Shown here piece by piece: positions 8,779 through 16,662 of a DNA stretch of 32,000 bases. The position numbers and the translations under genes were made by a program. Under the pieces are notes generated by a model. It did no database searches. It was not told the origin of the DNA and was given only the letters and a program-made list of their open reading frames with translations. Source of the DNA: an archaeon (GTDB taxonomy: Archaea > Iainarchaeota > Iainarchaeia > Iainarchaeales > CSSED10-239); NCBI GenBank assembly GCA_035357435.1, contig DAOPNM010000002.1, positions 1,157 to 33,156 of the forward strand. Direction: 5' to 3'. Each line of letters begins with the position of its first letter. Within the stretch, counting starts at the first letter, position 1.

Positions 8779-8994
8779 CTATTTCGTTGCAGATTTCTTA
8801 GATGATGGTTTGGTTCTTTGTTTTTCTAATTGATAAATCTTTGTCCATTTTGTTTTATGTGGTTTATATTTTTTCTTCAAAAAATTAGATTTCTCTTTTT
8901 GAGATAAAAAATAATGTGTTTTTCCATCTTTTTCTGCATAGATAATTCCTCTACCAGGAGGAATTTCTTGTCCACTAAATGAGCTTTTTACCAT
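8779..8994 (-). CDS. rpl24e: 50S ribosomal protein L24e (zinc-less variant)
   Basis: FSGQEIPPGRGIIYAEKDGKTHYF matches the L24e core, and the L7Ae-S28e-L24e synteny is conserved. All four canonical Cys positions are substituted. Confidence 0.8.
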   Translation of the reverse strand: MVKSSFSGQEIPPGRGIIYAEKDGKTHYFLSQKEKSNFLKKKYKPHKTKWTKIYQLEKQRTKPSSKKSATK

Positions 8995-9000
8995 TTTTTA

Positions 9001-9210
9001 TCACCTACTTGATATATCTTTTGCCTCTGTTTCTGGATTCATTAAAATTAGGATATCCCCAATTTTTACATTTCCTCTAACATTCCTTTTTTTTACTCGC
9101 CCTTTCTCTTGTCCCTCTAATATTTTACAAAGAACTTGCAATGCCTCTCCTCTAGAACCAGTTCTACCAACAATACTAACAATTTCTGCAGGAACTCCTT
9201 CTTCAGACAT
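9001..9210 (-). CDS. rps28e: 30S ribosomal protein S28e
   Basis: PAEIVSIVGRTGSRGEALQVLCKILEG...RNVRGNVKIGDIL is typical S28e. GAGGT SD upstream. Confidence 0.9.
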   Translation of the reverse strand: MSEEGVPAEIVSIVGRTGSRGEALQVLCKILEGQEKGRVKKRNVRGNVKIGDILILMNPETEAKDISSR

Positions 9211-9224
9211 AATAATCTACCTCA

Positions 9225-9794
9225 CTATTTTTCCTCAGATTTTTTTGGTTTTTTCTCTTTTACAACTTCTTCTTTTTTAACTTCTTGTTTTGGATTCTCT
9301 TTTACAACTTCTTCTTTTTTAGATTCTTGTTTTGGATTCTCTTTTATAACTTCTTCTTTTTTAGCTTCTTGTTTTGGCTTCTCTTTTATAACTTCTTCTT
9401 TTTTAGCTTCTTGTTTTGGTTCTACTTTTCCAGTAATCATTTCATTAATTTTACTAATTAATGATGATAATTCCTTCTTTGCAATTCCTTCATCTAAAAC
9501 TGCAATAGAACTTGCTTTTGTAGAAATTCCTACAATATTACCTAATTCTTCTCTTGTTTTAACATAAGTAAATGGGATATTCTTTTCTTTTGCAATAATT
9601 GGTAAATGCATAACAATCTCTTGAGGAGAAACATCTTCTGCAATCACAACTAATTTTGCTTGACCTCTTTCGATCATTTTAGTAACCTCATTTATGCCAA
9701 TTTTTATTTTCCCTGTTTTTGCAATTTTACGTAAAGTATCCTCTTGCAATGCTTTTAATTCATCAGATACTTTAAACTTAACAAACTCAGACAT
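9225..9794 (-). CDS. rpl7ae: 50S ribosomal protein L7Ae (kink-turn binding) with a C-terminal KE-rich tandem-repeat extension
   Basis: GINEVTKMIERGQAKLVVIAEDVSPQEIVMHLP is the L7Ae core. The true ATG (MSEFVKF) is at 9794 with AAGGAGGT 7 nt upstream. The track ORF extends to 9968 only through lack of a stop. Confidence 0.9.
   Translation of the reverse strand: MSEFVKFKVSDELKALQEDTLRKIAKTGKIKIGINEVTKMIERGQAKLVVIAEDVSPQEIVMHLPIIAKEKNIPFTYVKTREELGNIVGISTKASSIAVLDEGIAKKELSSLISKINEMITGKVEPKQEAKKEEVIKEKPKQEAKKEEVIKENPKQESKKEEVVKENPKQEVKKEEVVKEKKPKKSEEK
9255..9422 (-). repeat. Four tandem 42-bp (14-aa) in-frame repeats inside the 3' end of the L7Ae gene
   Basis: The unit ctcttttaYaacttcttc... recurs at 9255, 9297, 9339 and 9381. 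It encodes (K/N)PKQE(A/S/V)KKEEV(I/V)KE four times. Confidence 0.9.
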
Positions 9795-9801
9795 ATAAAT
9801 T

Positions 9802-9809
9802 ACCTCCTT
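9802..9809 (-). promoter_or_regulatory. Shine-Dalgarno site of the L7Ae gene
   Basis: The reverse complement reads AAGGAGGT, 7 nt upstream of the ATG at 9794. Confidence 0.5.
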
Positions 9810-9927
9810 ATAGTCATTGGTTTTTAAAATATATTTTTTAAAAAAAGTATATATAATATATATTACATAACCTTTAAAAAAGAGAATGTTTTTAAATAAA
9901 AATAATTTATTTAAAAAACCATTAAAA

Positions 9928-10272
9928 TTAATTTGTTCTTTCTTTATATAATAAAATAGACATTGCAACTAACAAAGTGCCAAACAAAATAGATAACATA
10001 ATTATTCTATATTGATATCCAGAAACCTCATTTTCTGCATGCAACTGCCACCTTTCTAAATTTGTTTCGCTTGGGCAATCTACAGAATAGGTTTGGCCAG
10101 AAAGATATAAAAAAGAATAATCAATATATGAGGATTTACAACCATAAATCCTATCTATCTCTAAATGGGCTTCTTCATGAAAAATAGTTTGGGTAATTGT
10201 TAAACCAACAACGATAATTGAAAAAAAAATAATTATTAAAAAAACATTTTTTCCATCTTGTGTATTAAACAT
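9928..10272 (-). CDS. Small two-TM membrane protein with an HExxH motif (putative minimal zinc metallopeptidase)
   Basis: ATG start. An N-terminal TM is followed directly by FHEEAHLEIDRIYG. The loop has two Cys and HAENE, and a second TM sits at the C-terminus. Confidence 0.55.
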   Translation of the reverse strand: MFNTQDGKNVFLIIIFFSIIVVGLTITQTIFHEEAHLEIDRIYGCKSSYIDYSFLYLSGQTYSVDCPSETNLERWQLHAENEVSGYQYRIIMLSILFGTLLVAMSILLYKERTN

Positions 10273-10368
10273 ATAAACATAGTTACTAGAAAAATATTTA
10301 AAGAGTATAATTAAACTACAACTAATCTTTAATCATATTAAAATATCACTTTAACCAATATATAAAAT

Positions 10369-10701
10369 ATGACAAAAATCAAAGACAGAAAACAAGAAGA
10401 AAAAGAAATTAGAGAGTTTGAGAAAAACTATGTTTTTAAAACCGATTATGACACATTAGGCAAAGTAATTGCATCACCAAATAAACAAAAAATACTTTAT
10501 ATACTAAACATTCCAAAAACACCAAAGCAAATTGCAAAAGCAACAAATCTTAATTTCCCAACTACATCTAAAACAATAAAAGAATTAGAAACATTAAATC
10601 TCATAGAAATAAAAAATAAACAATTAAGAAAAGGGAAAATAATTGTACTATCAAATAAAGGCAAATGTGTTATGACAGATTTAAAACAAACCCCTGATTA
10701 A
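10369..10701 (+). CDS. Winged helix-turn-helix transcriptional regulator (ArsR/BlaI-like size and layout)
   Basis: KQKILYILNIPKTPKQIAKATNLNFPTTSKTIKELETLNLIEIKN...GKIIVLSNKG shows the HTH plus wing pattern. Confidence 0.7.
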   Translation: MTKIKDRKQEEKEIREFEKNYVFKTDYDTLGKVIASPNKQKILYILNIPKTPKQIAKATNLNFPTTSKTIKELETLNLIEIKNKQLRKGKIIVLSNKGKCVMTDLKQTPD

Positions 10702-10765
10702 AAAAAATAATAAACAATAATTATTAAAAATAATTAAAAAAACTTTTTAAAAAAAAGAAAACAAG

Positions 10766-10837
10766 CGCCCCAGGTGAGATTCGAACTCACGACCTGTCGG
10801 TTAACAGCCGACTGCTCCACCGCTGAGCTACCAGGGC
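10766..10837 (-). tRNA. tRNA-Asn (anticodon GTT), 72 nt, no intron, CCA not encoded
   Basis: The reverse complement folds as a cloverleaf. Acceptor GCCCTGG/CTGGGGC (two G-U pairs), D stem GCTC/GAGC, anticodon stem GTCGG/CCGAC with loop CTGTTAA, T stem GTGAG/CTCAC with loop TTCGAAT, discriminator G. Confidence 0.9.
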
Positions 10838-10917
10838 AGTATTTGCTTTTTATAATGATTTTTTCATACTTCTTATACAATATATATAACAAAACAAATA
10901 TAAATAATATCACTTTA

Positions 10918-11718
10918 CTAAAAACTAACAAACAACCCTATCGTAAATAAATCTCTTAAACCAGTTGTAAAACCAAGGATTATAATAAATAATTTAAAAT
11001 AATTATTTTGATAATTATTTTTAATAACATTATCAATAATATAAATCAAAAACAAACAAACTAAAAGTTTAACAACTAAAAATAAAAAGGGAGAAGTAGA
11101 AATTAAAAAATTTGGAAGAACATGCTCTTCAACAAAATTGTTTGGGAAAAAATAAATTGCACAGATTGTTGCAAAACCATCTAATATTTGAGAAAAAAAT
11201 GCAAATTGGTTTATTTTTGATTTAAACAAATTAATTTTTGTAAACTTAAAAACTAAAACAAATAACCACAAACAAAATATAGAAATACCAATTACAAAAA
11301 AGAAATAAAAAGAATGGACCAGATTAACTAAACAAAAAAACAAAAGAGGAACAAGTATAATCAAAAAAATAGTTTGTAAAAATTTATTATAATCCCAAAA
11401 AAACTTATTTTTAAAATACAAAGAGATTTCAGAAAACAAAATAAAAAACAAACCTAATAATAAAAATAATTGAGGATATTGCAAATAAAAATTAAAAGAA
11501 AATAGACTAGAAGAAGACTCAACTAATAGAGGAATAGATAAACCAGGTTCAGAAAACAATCTTAAAAGAGAACCAATAAAAACTAAAAGAAAAACTGTTT
11601 TTATAAATGAAAAATCAATTTTTATTTTTCTAAATTTCAAATATTTATATGCAAAAAAGAAATATATAAACAATCCTATTAAAGAAAATAAAATAGTATT
11701 TAATACAGTGTATGGCAT
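10918..11718 (-). CDS. Polytopic integral membrane protein of unknown function
   Basis: ATG start and about 7-8 hydrophobic helices. No catalytic motif recognised. It may belong to an archaeal DUF membrane family (DUF63-like), but I cannot confirm that. Confidence 0.6.
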   Translation of the reverse strand: MPYTVLNTILFSLIGLFIYFFFAYKYLKFRKIKIDFSFIKTVFLLVFIGSLLRLFSEPGLSIPLLVESSSSLFSFNFYLQYPQLFLLLGLFFILFSEISLYFKNKFFWDYNKFLQTIFLIILVPLLFFCLVNLVHSFYFFFVIGISIFCLWLFVLVFKFTKINLFKSKINQFAFFSQILDGFATICAIYFFPNNFVEEHVLPNFLISTSPFLFLVVKLLVCLFLIYIIDNVIKNNYQNNYFKLFIIILGFTTGLRDLFTIGLFVSF

Positions 11719-11874
11719 AAAATTAAATAAACACCAAACAAATTAAAAACAATAATAATCTAACTAACAATATATTATAAAAACGAGAATACAAAAAAGA
11801 TTATTTTTTCAAAAATAATGGAATAGACAAATAACACCCAAAACTATTAAAATTGTTATATAATAATTATTTAT

Positions 11875-12720
11875 ATGGAAAACCAAAATTTCAAAAAATT
11901 ATTACTACAAAAAAAAGTTCCAAAACAAATCGTTTCTCAAATCCCACGAGCGTATGACATTGTGGGAGATATAATTATTACAAACATAAAAAAAGATATT
12001 GCAAAAAAATATAAAAAACAAATTGGAGAAAGCTATTTAGAAATACATAAAAACATAAAAGTTGTATTAAACAAAAAAGAAGAACACAAAGGAGTTTACA
12101 GAACACAAAAAATGGAGTTTCTTTATGGGGAAAAAAGAAAAGAAACAATATTAAAAGAAAACAATTGCTTAATTAAAGTAGATGTAGAAAAAGTGTTTTT
12201 TTCTCCAAGATTAGCAAATGAAAGAAAAAGAATTTCTGAATTGGTTAAACCAAATGAAAAGGTAGGCGTATTTTTTGCAGGTGTTGGACCTTTTGCACTT
12301 ACAATTGCTAAAAATAAAAATGTTAAAGAGATTGTGGCAATAGAACTAAACCCATTGGCAATAAAATATTTAAAAGAAAATATAAAAATTAACAAATTAG
12401 AAAATAAAATAATTCCTGTTTATGGAGATGTTAAAAAAAAAGCAAAAAAATATCCTAATTATTTTAATAGAATTATAATGCCTTTGCCAAAATCATCAGA
12501 ACTATTTTTAGATGATGCTATCTTTTCTGTAAAAAATAATGGAATTATTCATTTATATGCATTTGTAGAAAAAAGAGACCCATATAATGAAATTACAAAA
12601 AAAATAAATGAAAAACAAAAACAAAAAAATATAAAAATAAAAATTATAAATAAAAAAATTTTAAGAAGTTACTCTCCCGCAATAATACAAATTGTTTTAG
12701 ATTTAAAAATAAAAAAATAA
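11875..12720 (+). CDS. trm5: tRNA (guanine37-N1)-methyltransferase Trm5 (Met-10+ like class I SAM methyltransferase)
   Basis: PRAYDIVGDIIIT, FFSPRLANERKRI, VFFAGVGPFALTIAK and IIMPLPKSS are Trm5/Taw22 signatures. Confidence 0.85.
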   Translation: MENQNFKKLLLQKKVPKQIVSQIPRAYDIVGDIIITNIKKDIAKKYKKQIGESYLEIHKNIKVVLNKKEEHKGVYRTQKMEFLYGEKRKETILKENNCLIKVDVEKVFFSPRLANERKRISELVKPNEKVGVFFAGVGPFALTIAKNKNVKEIVAIELNPLAIKYLKENIKINKLENKIIPVYGDVKKKAKKYPNYFNRIIMPLPKSSELFLDDAIFSVKNNGIIHLYAFVEKRDPYNEITKKINEKQKQKNIKIKIINKKILRSYSPAIIQIVLDLKIKK

Positions 12721-14961
12721 CTATTTCTTTAATTTTGTTACTTTCTTTGTAGAAATCTCTTGCTTCTTAATTTTAACTGGTTCTGCCTTTAATGTAATTT
12801 TTGGATTTTCTTGAGCTTTAATTTCACGTAGTTCATCAAGATATGTTTGCTTCATTTCATTATATGTAAAAGAACTTATTTTCCCTTCCATATATGCTTC
12901 ATCTAACTCTGCAATTTTTTTATGAATAAATTCTTTTTTATTTTTTGAATTCCCATGAATTTTAGACAATTGAATAATAAACCCAACTACTACTAAAACC
13001 AAAATTATTAAAACTATATAAAATAAAACAGATCTATCTTCTTTTGCATAAACAGACACATACTGTGTTTGCTGATTTGAATCATTATCTCCTTCTCCAG
13101 AAACATTTATATTATCACAATTAATTAAAGAATTATCAGTTATTCCTGCATCACTCACAATTGTATCTATATCTGCAGATTTATAATAACTTAAAACTTC
13201 TGTTTCCACATCATAAATATACTTAGCCATGTTTGTAAGTGTATTTGAAACTTTTAACTCTGTTTGCCCATCTATATTATTACCAATATTTGCATAATAC
13301 TCTGCAGAACTATAAAAATACATGGCATGATCGAAAAACATTTTAGACCAAACATGCTCATCATTGTTCATTTCAGAAATAGATCTTAATTTATTTTGTA
13401 AATCATTATAATTATTAAAAAAAGAATTTTCATCAAAATCAATTGCTGATTCTTCTTGTTTAGAAACAAGAATTGCATAGGCAGTAGCAGCTTCATATGT
13501 TGCAGTAACATACCAACCTTTAGACATATCTAATTTTGCTGCTAGATATCTCCTTTGAAAATCTTCTTCAGAAACATCTTCTTGAGTAAGTAACACCATC
13601 TTATTTTCTATATCTACAAGATATCTTTGAGAAACATCTTTAAAATATGTTGATTCTACAAACTTATGTTTTGAATCTGTAATTGCAACATCTAAAAAAT
13701 CATTTGCTATGTCTACCCAACCAACAGCATAAGAATAATTAATAACTTTGTCTAATGGTTCTAATTGTGAAATAGAAAGAGGGTCTTTTAACCTATTTAA
13801 ATTATTTATAGCCCAAGACAATCTTTCTTTAGCACCTATACACCATTCCATTTGATCTAAAGAACATTGTTTTGTTCTCAATTCTGTATCATTAATCATC
13901 TTCTCTAAATCATTTAATTTTTTAGAAAATATAACAGATTGAGAATCTAAAATAGAAGGATTATCTAAAATCTCTTGTATTGCAGTAATATTTACATTTA
14001 CTAAAAAACAATAATTTGCAGCAGAATATAAATAATTATTATTTGAACTTTGTTTTGCAAGATCTAACTCATCTTCTGCATAATCTAAAATTGTTAAAAC
14101 ACCTGGTAAAATTCCACTATTCTTAAGATCTTCTGAAATTCTATTTAAATCGTTTTGCATAGCTTTTACTTTTTGTTCTGCATCTGGAATATATTTGTCA
14201 ACTAAATTACGCATAGGTGTAATAGCTACAGAATATTCTATTTTTGGTGGAATATATTCCACCTTATTCTCAGGTTTAGAAACATTTATATCAATAGAAT
14301 TTAAATCTTTAGAAACATAATCAAACATTTCTTCAAGAGTTGAAACTTCTACAATTTTCATACCCCATGTTTCATAAGCATAATTTATTAAATCTATTTT
14401 TTTTACAGTCCCTTCCTCTGAAATAACTTGCTCTCTATTTCCAACAGGAATCATAAACAATTTAATACCCGTTTCTGCTGCTTTTTTAGCTTTATAATAA
14501 ATACCACCAACATCTCCAACTTTGCCATCTAATGAAACAGTACCAGTAACACTTACATCTTGTGGAAAATTAATATCCTCAAACATTGTTGCAATCAATA
14601 AAGCCATTGCAGCACCAGCCGAAGGACCATCAATAGAATATGCAGAGGATTCAATATTTATAATAAAATCATATTTACTTTGATCTTCCTTTGCAAGAGA
14701 CGATGCTACTGCAACAGAATGTTTTACTGATTCTTGAGTATTTGTTCCAACAAGAGAAGAAATAGAAGGAAGAATCATTCCTTTTCCAGGAATTCTTGCA
14801 GGTTCAATTATTATTTCTAGATTTGCTTGTAATGCTGTATTATCTGAATTAACTGCATAAATTTTCATGTGCCCTTCTGGAATAAGTGCAAAAGTATTTG
14901 GAAGGATTAATAATATTAAAAAAAATACAAATAATTTATTTTTATTGCTCATAAAAACCAT
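12721..14961 (-). CDS. Secreted or membrane-anchored S16 family (Lon proteolytic domain) serine protease with a helical middle region, C-terminal TM and SHOCT-like tail
   Basis: N-terminal signal/anchor LFVFFLILLILPNTFA. Ser-Lys dyad context IDGPSAGAAMAL and VGGIYYKAKKAAETGIKLFMIPVGN. No AAA+ motifs. TM VLFYIVLIILVLVVVGFII near the C-terminus, then IAELDEAYMEGKISSFTYNEMKQTYLDEL. Confidence 0.8.
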   Translation of the reverse strand: MVFMSNKNKLFVFFLILLILPNTFALIPEGHMKIYAVNSDNTALQANLEIIIEPARIPGKGMILPSISSLVGTNTQESVKHSVAVASSLAKEDQSKYDFIINIESSAYSIDGPSAGAAMALLIATMFEDINFPQDVSVTGTVSLDGKVGDVGGIYYKAKKAAETGIKLFMIPVGNREQVISEEGTVKKIDLINYAYETWGMKIVEVSTLEEMFDYVSKDLNSIDINVSKPENKVEYIPPKIEYSVAITPMRNLVDKYIPDAEQKVKAMQNDLNRISEDLKNSGILPGVLTILDYAEDELDLAKQSSNNNYLYSAANYCFLVNVNITAIQEILDNPSILDSQSVIFSKKLNDLEKMINDTELRTKQCSLDQMEWCIGAKERLSWAINNLNRLKDPLSISQLEPLDKVINYSYAVGWVDIANDFLDVAITDSKHKFVESTYFKDVSQRYLVDIENKMVLLTQEDVSEEDFQRRYLAAKLDMSKGWYVTATYEAATAYAILVSKQEESAIDFDENSFFNNYNDLQNKLRSISEMNNDEHVWSKMFFDHAMYFYSSAEYYANIGNNIDGQTELKVSNTLTNMAKYIYDVETEVLSYYKSADIDTIVSDAGITDNSLINCDNINVSGEGDNDSNQQTQYVSVYAKEDRSVLFYIVLIILVLVVVGFIIQLSKIHGNSKNKKEFIHKKIAELDEAYMEGKISSFTYNEMKQTYLDELREIKAQENPKITLKAEPVKIKKQEISTKKVTKLKK

Positions 14962-15034
14962 AAATATTCATAATTTAGATCTATCAAATTATTATATATT
15001 AAAATCATTTTTATAACTATCTTTTTTTAAAAAA

Positions 15035-15505
15035 CTATTTTTTCTTAAATTTATTTCCAAAAAGAACATCAAACTTCTTAGTAGTTACGAGAATGTGTTT
15101 TTTTCCAGATTTTTGAACACTAATTAAATCTAAATCTTTCAAAATAGCTAAATGATCATATGGCCTTTTTTCAATAATTTTAGATTGTGGTACTGGTGCA
15201 TTTAATGCAATATATGCTAATGTTTTTAATTGACCTTTTGAAAGAGTTGTGCCTGTTGCAAAAATATTAAATGATTGAAATTCTGGTTTTATTACCATTT
15301 CTAATTTATCATTCTCAAAAATAATTGAAATTGATGTTTGCTTTTTATTATATTCTTGAATCAACTCTTGAATACAAACATCAATAACATCTCTATCTAA
15401 ACCAGGCAAAGCAGAATAAATCTTTTTTACATGCACACTCTTTGGAGCCATAAAAAGAATTGCTTCTATTCCTTTTTTTATATAATTAGAATCTTTTTCA
15501 ACCAT
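15035..15505 (-). CDS. scpB: Segregation and condensation protein B (ScpB)
   Basis: GIEAILFMA at the N-terminus and LSKGQLKTLAYIALNAPVPQSKIIEKR...ILVTTKKFDVLFG match the ScpB tandem wHTH signatures. The ATG is at 15505; the track start at 15523 is a TTG. Confidence 0.8.
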   Translation of the reverse strand: MVEKDSNYIKKGIEAILFMAPKSVHVKKIYSALPGLDRDVIDVCIQELIQEYNKKQTSISIIFENDKLEMVIKPEFQSFNIFATGTTLSKGQLKTLAYIALNAPVPQSKIIEKRPYDHLAILKDLDLISVQKSGKKHILVTTKKFDVLFGNKFKKK

Positions 15506-15519
15506 AATTTCTCTAAAAA

Positions 15520-15741
15520 TCAACCATTTACATAATCATTTAAATCATCTAAAAAAGGATCTGTAACTTGATTTGTTTGCTGTTCTATATCTGTCCCTGC
15601 TTTTACTTCTTTACGGAGATAACTTATAAGAGCTAATGCCAAAATAATAACTGCTAACAATAATAACCCTAAAATAACTATTGTTTCTATAGATGCCTGT
15701 GACCTATTCTCTTTTAATAAATCAAATAATCTTGTGCTCAT
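15520..15741 (-). CDS. Small type IV pilin-like protein with a class III signal peptide (QxSxE type)
   Basis: MSTRLFDLLKENRS/QASIETIVILGLLLLAVIILALAL has a charged leader, the Q-x-S-x-E motif and a hydrophobic helix. At 73 aa it is the size of methanogen major pilins. It is a paralog of the next gene. Confidence 0.65.
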   Translation of the reverse strand: MSTRLFDLLKENRSQASIETIVILGLLLLAVIILALALISYLRKEVKAGTDIEQQTNQVTDPFLDDLNDYVNG

Positions 15742-15777
15742 ATATAAATATACACCATAATATTTATTAATTAAAAA

Positions 15778-15993
15778 CTAATTAAAAAAATTATTATCTC
15801 CTTGCTGCTGAGTTATGGCCTCTTTTAAAGGGTCTGTTACAACTGATTGGGTGTTTTCTAAATCACTTGCTTGATGTACAGATTTATTCAAATTTCCTAA
15901 AAAAAATATTGCTAAAACAATAACTGCAAGAAGCAGTAAACCTAAAATAATTATTGTTTCCACAGACATCTGTGCTTTATTATCCAACATCAT
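15778..15993 (-). CDS. Small type IV pilin-like protein with a class III signal peptide (QxSxE type)
   Basis: MMLDNKA/QMSVETIIILGLLLLAVIVLAIFF fits the K-A-Q cleavage context. The ATG lies 1 nt after the scpA stop codon. Confidence 0.65.
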   Translation of the reverse strand: MMLDNKAQMSVETIIILGLLLLAVIVLAIFFLGNLNKSVHQASDLENTQSVVTDPLKEAITQQQGDNNFFN

Positions 15994-15994
15994 A

Positions 15995-16660
15995 TTATAA
16001 AACCTTTATATAAATATCTGAAAAAAAATCATCTTGCCAAATATTTATTTTATTATGCTGATTTAAAAACAATAATGGCACAAATAAAAAATCAATCATT
16101 TTCTGTGGATCATCAACTGTTTTTCTTAACTCTGAAAAACAAGTACATTTCTCTGAATCTATGTGTGAATAAATAATTGAAAACAAATTATCTATTCTTG
16201 TATTAATATCTTCAATAGGTCTAGGAATAAAAAACTCTGTATCTTTATTTTCTTTAATTTGTCTAGAAATATTTGTTTTTGTAGGGGTATTCATTAATTG
16301 CTCAACAATGCCAATTAATTCATCTAAACTTACTTGCCCTTCTTTTATTCTTAATGGACTTTCTAATTCCATAGAATTTTCAAATAAATTCTCTGAAGGA
16401 ATGGTTAATTCCTTTGTATCATCTACACTTGTTAACTTTAAAGAACTTGCTTTTAATTTAAGAAGGATTGTTGCTGCAACAAGTGCATTTGCGGGAACAA
16501 TTAAATTTTGCAGTTTTAGAGATTTTATTTTATTTATGTAAAGATCAACTAACTTAACAAGATCTACATTCCATACATCAAAATCATTTGATTTAACTAA
16601 ATCATACAACATAATCTTCCAATCTGCATGATCAATAATATCAACCAATCTTTCATCCAC
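15995..16660 (-). CDS. scpA: Segregation and condensation protein A (ScpA, kleisin)
   Basis: DWKIMLYDLVKSNDFDVWNVDLVKLVDLYINKI...LIVPANALVAATILLKLKASSL matches the ScpA N-terminal signature. A C-terminal winged-helix-sized domain follows. Confidence 0.8.
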   Translation of the reverse strand: MDERLVDIIDHADWKIMLYDLVKSNDFDVWNVDLVKLVDLYINKIKSLKLQNLIVPANALVAATILLKLKASSLKLTSVDDTKELTIPSENLFENSMELESPLRIKEGQVSLDELIGIVEQLMNTPTKTNISRQIKENKDTEFFIPRPIEDINTRIDNLFSIIYSHIDSEKCTCFSELRKTVDDPQKMIDFLFVPLLFLNQHNKINIWQDDFFSDIYIKVL

Positions 16661-16662
16661 AC

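Noticed and set aside
9136-9567. 143-aa plus-strand ORF with the repeated SFITSSFLASCFGF peptide
   Set aside because: It is the antisense reading of the L7Ae/S28e genes. Its internal repeats only mirror the 42-bp repeat in the L7Ae tail.
9795-9968. 58-codon N-terminal extension of the L7Ae ORF (MQCLFYYIKKEQ...)
   Set aside because: A hydrophobic or low-complexity read-through of promoter DNA. It overlaps the 3' end of the upstream gene. A strong AAGGAGGT SD sits in front of the internal ATG at 9794, which begins the conserved L7Ae sequence.
10734-10931. 65-aa ORF on the minus strand
   Set aside because: It is read straight through the tRNA-Asn gene (10766-10837). The GC-rich tRNA sequence simply lacks stops, and there is no SD.
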